DNA of 64,000 nt from a virus. Lineage: Duplodnaviria > Heunggongvirae > Uroviricota > Caudoviricetes. The stretch lies in IMG/VR virus record IMGVR_UViG_3300045988_142422. The stretch is one strand, 5' to 3'. The notes beneath the pieces were generated by a model. That model ran no database searches, was not told where the DNA came from, and worked only from the letters and a program-made list of their open reading frames with translations. The position numbers were made by a program, and so were the translations under genes. Positions 47,348 through 57,646 of this stretch are shown here, one piece after another (positions within the stretch are counted from its first letter, which is position 1; the number at the start of each line of letters is the position of its first letter).

Positions 47348-49663
47348 ATGATAAGCATCGTAAAACGTAACGGCCAAACAGAGCCGTTATCCGAAGAAAA
47401 ATACAACCGCGTCGTAATGTATGGCGTAGAAGGCATTCGTGGTGTAAGCGCATCCGCTGTAGCAATGGGAGCTGCGGCCAGCATTTTTGATGGGATTACC
47501 ACCAGCCAGTTGCATGAGGCTTTGGTTAAATCTGCCGCTGATTTGATCTCACCAGAAGCACCAAATTACTCACAGGTGGCTGCCCGCCTGAACATTTTTA
47601 AAATCCGCAAAGATGCCTTCGGTCGTTACGACTATCCGAACTTCTACCAACACATTGTCAAGAACGTTAACAAGGGCGTTTATGACAAGGATTTGCTGAC
47701 ACATTATTCGTTTGAAGAGATCGAAGAACTCGGCAATTACATTAAGCCGAAACGTGACGATCTTTTTGGCTATGCAGCTACGGTGCAGTTGCAAAGCAAA
47801 TACCTCGTTCAAAACCGTGTTACTGGTGAGATTCATGAGGGGCCGCAACATATCTATATGCTGGTAGGCATGTGTCTGTTCCAGAATTGGGAAGACGACT
47901 GCGCTGGCAAAACACGTATGGAGATGGTCAAAGGTTTCTATGACGTTACAAGTACGTTCAAACTGTCTCTGCCCACACCAATCATGGCCGGCGTCCGTAC
48001 TCCAACCCGTCAGTTCTCCAGTTGTGTGCTGATTGAGTCTGGCGATAGTCTGAAAGGGATTAGTGCAGCTTCAGCCGCAATTATCGACTACGTTTCACGT
48101 CGTGCTGGAATTGGTATTGGTTTTGGCCGTATCCGTGCGCTGGGCAGCGAGATCCGCAATGGTGAAGCCACCCATACTGGAGTTATTCCATTCCTGAAGC
48201 ATTTCCAGACGGCTGTTAAATCTTGTTCGCAAGGTGGTGTTCGTGGTGGCGCAGCAACAGCGTTTTACCCGATCTGGCATCTTGAAGTTGAAAGTCTGCT
48301 GGTGGTGAAAAATAACCGTGGTATTGATGAAAACCGCGTTCGCCATCTTGATTACGGCGTCATGAGTAACCGTCTAATGTACCGTCGACTCGTCAGAAGC
48401 GAGAACATCACTCTGTTCAGCCCGCATGATGTGCCTGATATGTACGAAGCCTTCTTCACAGACCAGGAGCTGTTTGAAAAGCTGTACCATAAATACGAAG
48501 CCGATGATTCAATTCGCAAGAAGTCAGTACCTGCCATTGAGCTGTTCTCATCTCTGATGCAGGAACGAGCGTCCACGGGCCGAATTTATATTGCGAACGT
48601 CGATCATATTAACGAGCATGGCGCTTTCATTCCTGCTCTTGCACCTGTTCGCCAGTCAAACCTGTGCATGGAGATCACTCTACCCACTCGTCCACTGGCA
48701 TTTACCGACGACCCGAACGGTGAGATCGCGCTATGCACTTTATCCGCTTTTAACCTCGGAGCCATCCGTTCACTGGAGTCTCTTAAAGAGGTGGCGTTCT
48801 ATGCCGTTGCTGCACTGGATTCGTTACTGGATTATCAAGACTATCCGATGGAGGCAGCCGAAGTGCCTGCCAAAGCTCGTCGTAGCTTGGGAATTGGTGT
48901 AACCAACTTTGCTTATTACCTGGCAAAGAATGGCGTTCGTTATTCTGATACCGCTGGCAATAAACTGGTGCATGAAACGTTCGAAGCTATCCAGTATTAC
49001 CTTCTTGATGCCAGCTGCCGACTTGCTGAAGCAAAAGGTGAGTGTGACTGGTTTGAGCAGACCAAGTACGCAATTGGTCAGTTGCCGATCGACCATTACC
49101 GTTCTTCATTAGACGAAAGTGGCGAAACCAACTTTGAGTTAAAGATGCCGTGGGAAGAACTGCGTGAACGTATTGCAAAATACGGCCTTCGCAACTCCAC
49201 ACTGACGGCACAAATGCCATGCGAGACTTCCAGCCAGATCACTAATTCCACCAACGGCATCGAACCGCCTCGTGGCCCGGTGTCGGTGAAATCTTCTAAG
49301 GACGGCATCGTTAAGATGGTCGTGCCTGAGTTTGAAAAACTGAAGGAACAGTATGAATACCTGTGGGATATGCCGGACAACCGCGGCTATCTGACAAAGG
49401 TGGCGATCATCCAGAAGTTCTTTGACCAGGCTATTTCAGCCAATACCAACTATGACCCTTCTCGCTTTGAAGGCGATAAAGTCCCAATGATGACGCTACT
49501 GTCAGATTTGCTTCTCGCCTACAAGATGGGAGTTAAAACGCTTTACTACCACAACACCAGAGATGGGGCAGGAAAGCGTGATGACGACGAACCGCAGAAT
49601 CCACTGACGCAAGCTGTAGCCGTCGAGCCAGAAGATGAGTGCGACGGAGCCTGCAAAATCTGA
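47348..49663 (+). CDS. nrdA: Ribonucleotide reductase class Ia alpha subunit
   Basis: 771 aa; ATP-cone N-terminus; active-site NLCMEITLP; C-terminal CDGACKI like E. coli NrdA. Confidence 0.9.
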   Translation: MISIVKRNGQTEPLSEEKYNRVVMYGVEGIRGVSASAVAMGAAASIFDGITTSQLHEALVKSAADLISPEAPNYSQVAARLNIFKIRKDAFGRYDYPNFYQHIVKNVNKGVYDKDLLTHYSFEEIEELGNYIKPKRDDLFGYAATVQLQSKYLVQNRVTGEIHEGPQHIYMLVGMCLFQNWEDDCAGKTRMEMVKGFYDVTSTFKLSLPTPIMAGVRTPTRQFSSCVLIESGDSLKGISAASAAIIDYVSRRAGIGIGFGRIRALGSEIRNGEATHTGVIPFLKHFQTAVKSCSQGGVRGGAATAFYPIWHLEVESLLVVKNNRGIDENRVRHLDYGVMSNRLMYRRLVRSENITLFSPHDVPDMYEAFFTDQELFEKLYHKYEADDSIRKKSVPAIELFSSLMQERASTGRIYIANVDHINEHGAFIPALAPVRQSNLCMEITLPTRPLAFTDDPNGEIALCTLSAFNLGAIRSLESLKEVAFYAVAALDSLLDYQDYPMEAAEVPAKARRSLGIGVTNFAYYLAKNGVRYSDTAGNKLVHETFEAIQYYLLDASCRLAEAKGECDWFEQTKYAIGQLPIDHYRSSLDESGETNFELKMPWEELRERIAKYGLRNSTLTAQMPCETSSQITNSTNGIEPPRGPVSVKSSKDGIVKMVVPEFEKLKEQYEYLWDMPDNRGYLTKVAIIQKFFDQAISANTNYDPSRFEGDKVPMMTLLSDLLLAYKMGVKTLYYHNTRDGAGKRDDDEPQNPLTQAVAVEPEDECDGACKI

Positions 49664-49726
49664 CATATGGTGGGGTATAACCCCACCTTCTCTTTGATTT
49701 GTAAGCCTTGTTTAAACAAATAAGAT

Positions 49727-49738
49727 AACAACTTGTTT
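49727..49738. promoter_or_regulatory. Palindromic motif A copy (AACAACTTGTTT) upstream of nrdB; second copy TTGTTTAAACAA at 49708-49719
   Basis: Two overlapping-family palindromes 30-60 nt upstream of ATG 49769. Confidence 0.4.
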
Positions 49739-49768
49739 AAACACATCAAAAAGCAAAAGGAAAAACAC

Positions 49769-50911
49769 ATGTCATATTCAACGTTCCGTTTGGGTGCTAA
49801 TGATGCAACCAAAGAGCCTATGTTCCTCGGACAATCTGTCAACGTGGCACGTTACGATCAGCAAAAATACCGTGATTTTGAAAAGTTGATTGAACGTCAA
49901 TTGTCTTTCTTCTGGCGGCCGGAAGAAGTTGATATTTCGAGCGATCGTATCGACTTCAACACGAAGCTGCGGGACCACGAACGTCACATTTTTCTGAGCA
50001 ATCTCCGTTATCAAACGTTACTCGATTCAGTTCAGGGACGTAGCCCAAATGCAACGCTGCTGCCTCTTATCTCTATTCCTGAACTGGAAACGTGGGTTGA
50101 AACATGGTCTTTCTCTGAGACTATCCATAGCCGCAGCTACACCCACATTATTCGTGGCATGGTGGACGATCCGAGCATTGTTTTTGACGGTATTGTTACG
50201 GATGAAGAAATCATCAACCGAGCGATCAGTATCTCTGCTGAATATGACAGGCTTTATGGGATGACCTGCGAGCGCCAGTCGTTAGGTGAGAAGGAGTTTG
50301 AACGTCTGTACGTAAATGAATATGGCTGGGAGCCATACCCTTTGCACCGTCAGCTTTTCCGCACGTTGGTGTCCATTAATGCGCTTGAGGCGATCCGTTT
50401 CTATGTAAGTTTTGCATGTACGTTTGCCTTTGGCGAACGGAAGTTGCTTGAGGGTAACACCAAAATTATGCGCTTTATTGCCCGTGATGAAGCTCTGCAT
50501 TGCGAAGGAACTGAACGCATGATCCGCTTCATGCGTACCGGTCGCGAAGGTTTATTGTGGAAAGAGATTGCTGCTGATGAAGAAAACGTCATTTACGACA
50601 CCATGAAATCAGTCGCCGAACAAGAAATGAACTGGGCAGACTATCTCTTCAAAGACGGTTCGATGATTGGTTTAAACGCGGATATTCTCAAAACCTATGT
50701 AAAATACCGCACCAATCTGGCTATGAATCGTCTTGGCCTGAAGGCTTTATTTCCAGAGGTTACCACCGATCCGCTGGTCTGGATGAACAAGTGGTTGTTA
50801 ACCGACACACTGCAAATTGCACCACAAGAGGCAGAGCAAAGCACATATCTGGTAGGTCAGATCGATTCTACCGTGGATAAGGCTTCTCTAAGCCAGTTTG
50901 CTGACCTGTAA
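49769..50911 (+). CDS. nrdB: Ribonucleotide reductase class Ia beta subunit
   Basis: Start at MSYSTF after AAAGGAAAAACAC; very close match in pattern to E. coli NrdB from memory; C-terminal SQFADL. Confidence 0.9.
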   Translation: MSYSTFRLGANDATKEPMFLGQSVNVARYDQQKYRDFEKLIERQLSFFWRPEEVDISSDRIDFNTKLRDHERHIFLSNLRYQTLLDSVQGRSPNATLLPLISIPELETWVETWSFSETIHSRSYTHIIRGMVDDPSIVFDGIVTDEEIINRAISISAEYDRLYGMTCERQSLGEKEFERLYVNEYGWEPYPLHRQLFRTLVSINALEAIRFYVSFACTFAFGERKLLEGNTKIMRFIARDEALHCEGTERMIRFMRTGREGLLWKEIAADEENVIYDTMKSVAEQEMNWADYLFKDGSMIGLNADILKTYVKYRTNLAMNRLGLKALFPEVTTDPLVWMNKWLLTDTLQIAPQEAEQSTYLVGQIDSTVDKASLSQFADL

Positions 50912-50988
50912 ACCGATACAAAGCATTATGTGGCCTGGCAACGCTGGGCCACAATGGATCACAAGAATTAAGAAGGAACAAAACTAGC

Positions 50989-51858
50989 ATGAACTTTACC
51001 AAACTGACTGACCACCTGAAACTTGCCACCGATCGACTCATTGGATTTAAGCCAGAACCATATGAGTTGCATGAAGGTCATGGTGTAGCTACTGAAAGTA
51101 TTTACAAGATGGTCGATCAGTTTCATGAACTCTTCCAGCATCCGAGACGCGTTATGCCGACACCAGAGCTGCTTCGTCTCCGTGCAAGCCTGATTCATGA
51201 AGAAGCTGTAGTGGAAGGTATTCCAGCCGCAATGAATGGGGATATTGAGCAACTGCTGGATGCAATGGCCGACTTTTTATACGTTGGTGTTGGTACGATG
51301 GTCGCCATCAAAGGTGGTATTTCTACCGGCATGACCTATTACACGCAGGAACAGAGCATTGATCGCTTTATGCAGACAATTTTTGTGCCCGGTAACACTG
51401 TTTTCGATGATATGGCAATGCCATTTCAGGAAGCTCGTGAGGCGTCATGTATGCTCGAAGAGCTGGCAGATAAACTTGAGAACAAGACTGTTAAGGATTC
51501 TGAGCTGATTCAGGAACTGCGCCGTGTCATGAACAAAATCTATGTGGCGTGCATGATGACCTATCGACTGGCTGATTTCCTCGGTATCAATGTCGTCGAG
51601 CTGGTTGGCGAAATTCATCGGTCTAACATGACAAAATTATGGCCTGCTGATGTAGAGGAACGTCGCCAGGCTGTGGCCAACTGCAAATACGACTCTTCAG
51701 ACCTGGGATTTCGCCATGCTGATGGCACCGATAAGATGATCGGTTTTCGAATTTCCGATGGAAAGATTCTGAAGTCTCCAACCTATAGTGATGTCGATTT
51801 ATCCTCCTTTGTTGAGCAAGCTAAAGCCTCAGCAATGTACGGAATGATTAAAAAATAA
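50989..51858 (+). CDS. Hypothetical protein, possibly all-alpha NTP pyrophosphohydrolase (MazG-like)
   Basis: 289 aa; acidic pattern EEAVVE...DIEQLLDAMADF reminiscent of MazG E..E...E..D motif; weak. Confidence 0.3.
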   Translation: MNFTKLTDHLKLATDRLIGFKPEPYELHEGHGVATESIYKMVDQFHELFQHPRRVMPTPELLRLRASLIHEEAVVEGIPAAMNGDIEQLLDAMADFLYVGVGTMVAIKGGISTGMTYYTQEQSIDRFMQTIFVPGNTVFDDMAMPFQEAREASCMLEELADKLENKTVKDSELIQELRRVMNKIYVACMMTYRLADFLGINVVELVGEIHRSNMTKLWPADVEERRQAVANCKYDSSDLGFRHADGTDKMIGFRISDGKILKSPTYSDVDLSSFVEQAKASAMYGMIKK

Positions 51859-51926
51859 TTGTAGGTAGTTATCTATCTGTGTATATTGCGTTGGCGCGTT
51901 AAATTTCTGAAACAACTATTCGTTTT

Positions 51927-51952
51927 TGGTGGCCTATGGCCACCATTTTTTT
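51927..51952 (+). terminator. Rho-independent terminator
   Basis: TGGTGGCC-TAT-GGCCACCA then TTTTTTTATC. Confidence 0.8.
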
Positions 51953-52029
51953 ATCTATCTGGCCTTGTTCCCTCAATAAATGTAAACTCACTTAATGAAT
52001 AAGTGGTTACTTATCTTTGTGAGGTTTTT

Positions 52030-53133
52030 GTGTCACTCCTTTTGAATCGTGAGCATACGAACGGTCAGGTAACAAACGCATCGTATGCAAAAGTTATTGA
52101 GACGGTGCTTAAAAGCGGCGTGCAGGCTGATGATCGCACAGGCACTGGTACTTTAAGCACCTGCTACGTTCCCTCTTACTACATGCTTACTGGTGGGACT
52201 GTGCCGCTTATTTCTGGAAAGGCGGTAAATCTTAAGCCACTGCTTGTCGAACTTGAGTGGTATCTGAAAGGCACGGGCAACATCCAATTTCTCAAGGATA
52301 ACGGCGTTAAGATTTGGGATGCATGGGCCGATGAGAATGGCGATTTGGGGCCGGTTTACGGTAAGCAGTGGCGTCGATGGGAAGATACCCGCATCGTGAG
52401 CCATAGTGAATATCTGAGCAAGATCGATACTTTCCGTGAACGCGGGTACAAAGTCGAGGGATACCTGGGTATCAGTGAAGATCGCGTAGTGCTGTCCCGT
52501 GAAATCGATCAGCTACAGCGTATTGTCGATACACTGCGCACGAACCCTACCGATCGTCGCATCATGCTTAACGCATGGAACGTAGGCGAGCTTGAGGATA
52601 TGAAACTGCCACCTTGCCACTTTGTCTTCTCTTTGTGGAGTCGTGAGCTGGATTTTGAAACCCGTTTAACGATGGCAACTGACATTGGTCTTCAACACAG
52701 TCGCCTCGGTTACGAGTCTATCTACACCAAGATGCTATACGATCTGGAGATGGACGGCAGTGTTACTGAAGCTGAACTGGATGAACTTGGAATCCCCAAA
52801 CGCATCCTCAACTCCTGCCTCGTACAGCGTAGCGTAGACACTTTTGTTGGTATGCCATTCAATATTGCTGGCTATGGCATTCTCACTCATTTTCTCGCGA
52901 AGATTACGGGTCACATGGCCGGTGCATTTGTGCATTTTGGCTTTGACGTGCATTTGTACAACAACCACATGGAAGGTGTGTGTGAGCTAATGAAACGACA
53001 AGCTCCAGAGCATTCAGATCCGGTCGTTATTTTCCCTCATGAATGGTCAGAGTTGGATGATTTCAAATGGGACGAGGTTTTAATTCTTGGCTATGACCCT
53101 CTACCGTGGATCAAGGTTCCAGTGGCGGTGTGA
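52030..53133 (+). CDS. thyA: Thymidylate synthase (ThyA family, with insertions)
   Basis: DRTGTGT, IWDAWADENGDLGPVYGKQWR, catalytic LPPCH, GMPFNIA, HLYNNH; start set at GTG 52030 because motif B overlaps the 52003 GTG. Confidence 0.85.
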   Translation: MSLLLNREHTNGQVTNASYAKVIETVLKSGVQADDRTGTGTLSTCYVPSYYMLTGGTVPLISGKAVNLKPLLVELEWYLKGTGNIQFLKDNGVKIWDAWADENGDLGPVYGKQWRRWEDTRIVSHSEYLSKIDTFRERGYKVEGYLGISEDRVVLSREIDQLQRIVDTLRTNPTDRRIMLNAWNVGELEDMKLPPCHFVFSLWSRELDFETRLTMATDIGLQHSRLGYESIYTKMLYDLEMDGSVTEAELDELGIPKRILNSCLVQRSVDTFVGMPFNIAGYGILTHFLAKITGHMAGAFVHFGFDVHLYNNHMEGVCELMKRQAPEHSDPVVIFPHEWSELDDFKWDEVLILGYDPLPWIKVPVAV

Positions 53134-53134
53134 T

Positions 53135-53548
53135 ATGGCAAGAGGTATGTATGTCTTATGCGAAATTGAAGGTGTGCTGGCAAATACCAGTCATCGTAAA
53201 TCTGTATCTGACGCGGATGCAGGCCAGCTCATTGCCGGTGATGAACTCATTTTCCCCACCAGCCGTATGTTGCGTGGTTTTGCTCGCTCAGGGGCTGAAG
53301 TGGTGCTTATCAGTAGCCGCTCTGAAACTCTTGAAGCGCCCACTAAACGATGGCTGAAAGATTTTGGTGTTGATTACGACTGGCTTCATCTCGTACCGAA
53401 TAGCACTAGTTATGAGAAGCATATTAAGCGCACATTAGCGGAGCATAAAGGCGATCTGCTTATCGCTGCGCTGGTGCACGATCCTCGACTCCGTGCCGCT
53501 TTAGCTGACTCTCATCATAGACCGGTCATCTATGAGGTGAGCAAATGA
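53135..53548 (+). CDS. Hypothetical protein (possible HAD-like phosphatase)
   Basis: ATG at 53135 directly after thyA stop; N-terminal MYVLCEIEGVLAN loosely resembles HAD motif I. Confidence 0.3.
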   Translation: MARGMYVLCEIEGVLANTSHRKSVSDADAGQLIAGDELIFPTSRMLRGFARSGAEVVLISSRSETLEAPTKRWLKDFGVDYDWLHLVPNSTSYEKHIKRTLAEHKGDLLIAALVHDPRLRAALADSHHRPVIYEVSK

Positions 53549-54021
53549 AGATGATAGCTGCTGTTGGCCGTAACTATGAGATCGGCATAGCGAACGAACT
53601 GCCCTGGCGTTGTCCTACCGATCTGAAGCTATTTAAGAGACTCACCAAAAACGCCACTGTCGTTATGGGGCGTAAAACGATGGAAAGTCTCAAACGCCCT
53701 CTTCCAGAGCGTCATAACCTCGTTTTGACGCGCTCTCATGGCTTTGTACCAAATGGATTCTACCCTGCTGGTGTGGATGATGTGTTGCGATTACCAGAGC
53801 CTGTGTGGGTGATTGGCGGGGAACAAATTTACTCGCTATTCATGCCGCATGTTGAAGAGATTTGGCTCTCCCACATCGGCGTTGATGTGCCAAACGCCGA
53901 TGCATTCTTCCCGGCAAGCATGATGCGTAATTTAGGCTTTGTGCCTGTTGAAACAGCTTATACCCAACGAGCCAGCGAGGAAGAGCCTGGCTTTTCGCAG
54001 ATCGTATACAGAAGGTCGTAA
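53545..54021 (+). CDS. Dihydrofolate reductase
   Basis: MIAAVGRNYEIGIANELPW...VVMGRKT...NLVLTRS matches DHFR signature. Confidence 0.85.
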   Translation: MKMIAAVGRNYEIGIANELPWRCPTDLKLFKRLTKNATVVMGRKTMESLKRPLPERHNLVLTRSHGFVPNGFYPAGVDDVLRLPEPVWVIGGEQIYSLFMPHVEEIWLSHIGVDVPNADAFFPASMMRNLGFVPVETAYTQRASEEEPGFSQIVYRRS

Positions 54022-54665
54022 TGGATTACCGGATTGGGATCACTGGTGCTCAGGGCAGTGGGAAAACAACCCTGGCTAAATATATCGACAAACATTACGG
54101 AATCCCTTACGTGGATGCTGGTGTCGGAAGTTTGATGAGCCGCCTCGGTGTTCGAGTAGGTGATTCTATGCCTCTATATGAGCGGCTTCAGATTCAAATG
54201 GAAATAGCAAAGCATATAGAGCTACTTACGCGTGGTGTTGAAGGCTTTGTTATCGATCGCACACCTGCTGATGTTATGGCCTACACGTTGGATTTGGTCG
54301 GCCATACAAATGAAGATCGGTGTATTGAGTTAGCCCTCGATATCGAAAAGTTTTGCCACAAAACTGCTATTTCAAACTTTAACGCCATTGCTGGCCTACG
54401 CCCGGGGGTCGCTCTCTCAGAGCGAGATTACTTGCGGTCACAACGAGCATCATTAGACCGTCTGTATGTCGCTCGTATTGATGCGTTGATGTGCGGGGAA
54501 CTGACAAAAATTCACCTGCATCCGCAAAGGGGAGATCTGCAAACCTTCGTCGTTTCCAACCGGTATCGCACAGTTGAAGCAAGAGCCAGATCAGTGATGA
54601 GAATGCTAGATAACGCTGTAGAAAAGATAGAAAACCGGTTCTGTGGCCGAGTGACCGTTCATTAG
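54021..54665 (+). CDS. P-loop nucleotide kinase (dNMP/thymidylate kinase-like)
   Basis: Walker A GITGAQGSGKTTLA; 214 aa; embedded in nucleotide-metabolism block. Confidence 0.55.
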   Translation: MDYRIGITGAQGSGKTTLAKYIDKHYGIPYVDAGVGSLMSRLGVRVGDSMPLYERLQIQMEIAKHIELLTRGVEGFVIDRTPADVMAYTLDLVGHTNEDRCIELALDIEKFCHKTAISNFNAIAGLRPGVALSERDYLRSQRASLDRLYVARIDALMCGELTKIHLHPQRGDLQTFVVSNRYRTVEARARSVMRMLDNAVEKIENRFCGRVTVH

Positions 54666-54726
54666 AAATTGTTCGCCTCTTCGACATTGCGACAATAAAA
54701 CTCTCAAAATGGGTTAAGGATAAAAA

Positions 54727-55146
54727 ATGTTTAGTGAAATGTTGCTTGAAGATGAACTGGATCGGAAAACAACAGAGGCTTTGATTCGTGTAGCGGACGA
54801 ACATTCCCGGTCGCTTATGAGCGATCGAGAGGCTCGTCTGGCTATTCGTGCCATATTCGAAACTGCGCAGGGGCTTGTTGGTACACAAGTGGGTGAAGCC
54901 ATTAACATCGCCATGTCTCAGTTCAGTGAAGGCAGTAAAAAGCCTCTGTTTCCTATGCATTTGATGCTGGCTGGTGGCACGGTGCTTTATATCTCTGTTT
55001 GTCTGGATAGCAACCAAATCAATATTCTCAACACTGTGTCAGGTAAGTGGAAAGATCCGATTGTCTGTGAAACCAGTGAAGAAACTTTGAAAAAAGCGGC
55101 TCAATTTGTACGTAGCGCACTACTTAAGGGCGCTAAGAAGTTGTAA
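54727..55146 (+). CDS. Hypothetical protein
   Basis: 139 aa ORF. Confidence 0.45.
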   Translation: MFSEMLLEDELDRKTTEALIRVADEHSRSLMSDREARLAIRAIFETAQGLVGTQVGEAINIAMSQFSEGSKKPLFPMHLMLAGGTVLYISVCLDSNQINILNTVSGKWKDPIVCETSEETLKKAAQFVRSALLKGAKKL

Positions 55147-55155
55147 GGAGTAGTA

Positions 55156-55950
55156 ATGGGACAACCGGTAGACATAACAGGTAAACGTTTTGGAAAGTTG
55201 GTTGCACTTAAATATTCCGGTATTTCAAACAAACAAGGGCGACTTTGGGATTGCATCTGCGATTGCGGCAACACCTGCCTGGTTAGTTACGGGAAGCTAA
55301 ATCACGGGGCGACAATATCGTGTGGCTGTGTCTACAACGCACATCGCCGTAGCGTAAAGCCTCATGGTATGAGTAAAACGCCAATTTATCGTATATGGCT
55401 GGGTATGCGGGAACGATGTGAAAAACCAACCCATCACGCCTATAAGTGGTATGGCGGCCGAGGTATCAAAGTCTGCGAGCGGTGGCAAATATTTGAAAAC
55501 TTTTATGCTGACATGGGAGAGCGACCAGAGGGGATGTCTCTTGATCGCAAAGATGTGAATGGTGACTACGAACCTGAAAATTGCAGATGGGCGACTTTTG
55601 AAGAACAGGCCAATAACACGCGTTCAAACTTAATTTTGGAGCATAAGGGGGAAAAGCTGACTCTCTCACAATGGGCTAAAAGAGCCGGGATTCAGACATC
55701 AACTCTTCACTATCGAATCAAGAAAGGGTGGCCATTAGATCGCGCGCTTAACGCCAGCGTCGACACGTATGCCAACCGAGATAGTAAGCGTCTGATCGAG
55801 TGTCGCGGCAGAACTCAGCGAATTACCGAATGGGCTAGAGAGATTGGCTTGACTGCGACCATTATCTCGCAGCGAATCTTGAGGGGGTGGGATGTTGAAG
55901 CTGCCATCTTCACACCGTCCAAACGACCAGTAAAAGGAGATAAAAAGTGA
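55156..55950 (+). CDS. HNH-type homing endonuclease candidate
   Basis: Cys cluster CICDCGNTC...CGC; motif YRIWLGMRERC...YKWYGGRGIKVCERW...NCRWATFEEQANNTRSN recalled from phage HNH endonucleases. Confidence 0.5.
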   Translation: MGQPVDITGKRFGKLVALKYSGISNKQGRLWDCICDCGNTCLVSYGKLNHGATISCGCVYNAHRRSVKPHGMSKTPIYRIWLGMRERCEKPTHHAYKWYGGRGIKVCERWQIFENFYADMGERPEGMSLDRKDVNGDYEPENCRWATFEEQANNTRSNLILEHKGEKLTLSQWAKRAGIQTSTLHYRIKKGWPLDRALNASVDTYANRDSKRLIECRGRTQRITEWAREIGLTATIISQRILRGWDVEAAIFTPSKRPVKGDKK

Positions 55951-56495
55951 TTGCTACAGGGGTGGACATCGAATCAACAGGTCTTGATTTCCTCTCAGGC
56001 CATAAAATCATTGAAATCGCAATGGTGAAGTACGAAATTGAGACACAGACAATGGTTGATAGTTTTGTAATGCGGTTCAACCCGCGTCGCAGTATCGATC
56101 CGAAAGCGCAAGCGGTACACGGCATCAGTCTTGAAGATTTAGCCGCCGAGCCGTTACTAGCCGATCACGCTTCATCTGTCGCTTCGTATCTCTCTTCTTC
56201 CGATATTTGGATAGCCCACAACGGCGAAGCGTTCGATATTCCGTTTATTAGGCATGAGCTGAAAAGTTACGGTTTTTCGCTTCCAGACATCCCATTGATT
56301 GACACTCTATTTTCCCTGTGGGCCACAGAAGACGGTAAACGTCCCCGCCTTGAAGAGTTGGCCTTCTCTCTTGGCTTTATATACGATCATGCCAAAGCAC
56401 ATAGTGCCTTATATGACACAAACTTAATGATGCAATGCTTCTTTAAGGCACGTAATAAGTACGGATTTTTTAAATTACCCTCTGAAATTGTGTAA
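55947..56495 (+). CDS. DnaQ-like 3'-5' exonuclease (DEDDh)
   Basis: GTG start after AAGGAG; Exo I DIESTGL, Exo II HNGEAFDIPFI, Exo III HSALYD. Confidence 0.75.
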   Translation: MIATGVDIESTGLDFLSGHKIIEIAMVKYEIETQTMVDSFVMRFNPRRSIDPKAQAVHGISLEDLAAEPLLADHASSVASYLSSSDIWIAHNGEAFDIPFIRHELKSYGFSLPDIPLIDTLFSLWATEDGKRPRLEELAFSLGFIYDHAKAHSALYDTNLMMQCFFKARNKYGFFKLPSEIV

Positions 56496-56501
56496 AACAA
56501 A

Positions 56502-56536
56502 AGCCTACTTTAAAAAGTTTAAAGTAGGCTTTCTTT
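56502..56536 (+). terminator. Rho-independent terminator
   Basis: AGCCTACTTT-N9-AAAGTAGGCT then TTCTTTT. Confidence 0.7.
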
Positions 56537-56653
56537 TAAAGAACAGTCGCCTTTCAATCATTTCCTGCCTGTATTTAATACTTTTCCGCCTGATAGGTTT
56601 AGTCAAAATGCAGCCATCGAAACGCAAATGTAACCAAACAGAAGGAGACTTAC

Positions 56654-57463
56654 ATGAGTTCGGTTGAAAATGTAATGACAAATGATGATCTGGACGAGCT
56701 GACAGCCATGTTGCAATCACTTGATGAACCAGTAAAAAAAGCTGCACAGGTTGAAAATACTGATGATATTGACGATCTGCTGCTCGGCCTAGATGCTGGC
56801 GTAGCCATGAGTTCTGATGATGTTGCCGAAGAACTGTTCAATGAAGAAAAAGCAGGTGATTTCAGCTCTGCTTTAAATGAGTTGGAGTTAGCGCATGAGC
56901 CTATAAACGTAATTAACGCTGAAAGTGTTGAAGCTGCCGAAAACGAGCCAGAACAATTGGGATTGATTGAGGTTGAAGAGTGTGTTGATGTTAATGATGA
57001 ATTAAAAGTTCAACAGTCAAATGATAGCAACACAAATAAAAAAGCGCGTACTGCAAGAGGTTCTCGTTTTACTTTAAGTGATAAAGATGATTCGTTTTTC
57101 AATAAAGCGGGCTTAGAAAAAGATATTTTCTTAGACGCTTACGATAACGCGCCTGTCAAAGCAAAGGATAAGATATTAAACCTTCTTAATTGGTTTAGCG
57201 GAGGTCCAGATATTAGTGTTTACACGGTAATTTCCATGAGACACCTTCTCACAGAAAAGAAGGCTACAAGTAATAGTATTAAGATTGCTTTAATGAGCAA
57301 TCCAGAAAAACCGTATCCGCTTAACACTGCGTCAACTCAGGCTGGGCAAATGATGGCTGTATTTCCAGCGACAGGAATTGCCGTTAGAGACGGTGGAAAT
57401 CTAACATTGAACGAAGAATCACCGATCGTTAAGAAGTTTGTCGCGGAGTACACTATTGGATGA
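56654..57463 (+). CDS. Highly acidic protein of unknown function (DNA-mimic-like composition)
   Basis: 269 aa; N-terminal half dominated by Asp/Glu (DDLDELTAMLQSLDEP...DDIDDLLLGLD). Confidence 0.5.
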   Translation: MSSVENVMTNDDLDELTAMLQSLDEPVKKAAQVENTDDIDDLLLGLDAGVAMSSDDVAEELFNEEKAGDFSSALNELELAHEPINVINAESVEAAENEPEQLGLIEVEECVDVNDELKVQQSNDSNTNKKARTARGSRFTLSDKDDSFFNKAGLEKDIFLDAYDNAPVKAKDKILNLLNWFSGGPDISVYTVISMRHLLTEKKATSNSIKIALMSNPEKPYPLNTASTQAGQMMAVFPATGIAVRDGGNLTLNEESPIVKKFVAEYTIG

Positions 57464-57614
57464 CGTTCCCCTACTGAAAATAAAGCCCATAGAGAGCTTT
57501 ATAGTACTGGGTAAGCCAATCACATACCCAGCACCACAAAAACGCGCCAGAGAGCTTCTCGTTTGCATTTCTGGCGCGTTTTATTTGATTGCCAGACATA
57601 AAATCAAACGCAAA

Positions 57615-57636
57615 AATAGGTATTTACTTACCTATC
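57615..57636. promoter_or_regulatory. Palindromic motif B copy (AATAGGTATTTACTTACCTATC)
   Basis: Arms ATAGGTA/TACCTAT; ends 10 nt before ATG of methyltransferase gene. Confidence 0.45.
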
Positions 57637-57646
57637 GAGAAAGAAG

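Noticed and set aside
56505-56841. Minus-strand ORFs 56505..56747 and 56650..56841
   Set aside because: They overlap the terminator and the start of the plus-strand acidic protein gene, with no start context; the plus-strand gene is better supported.
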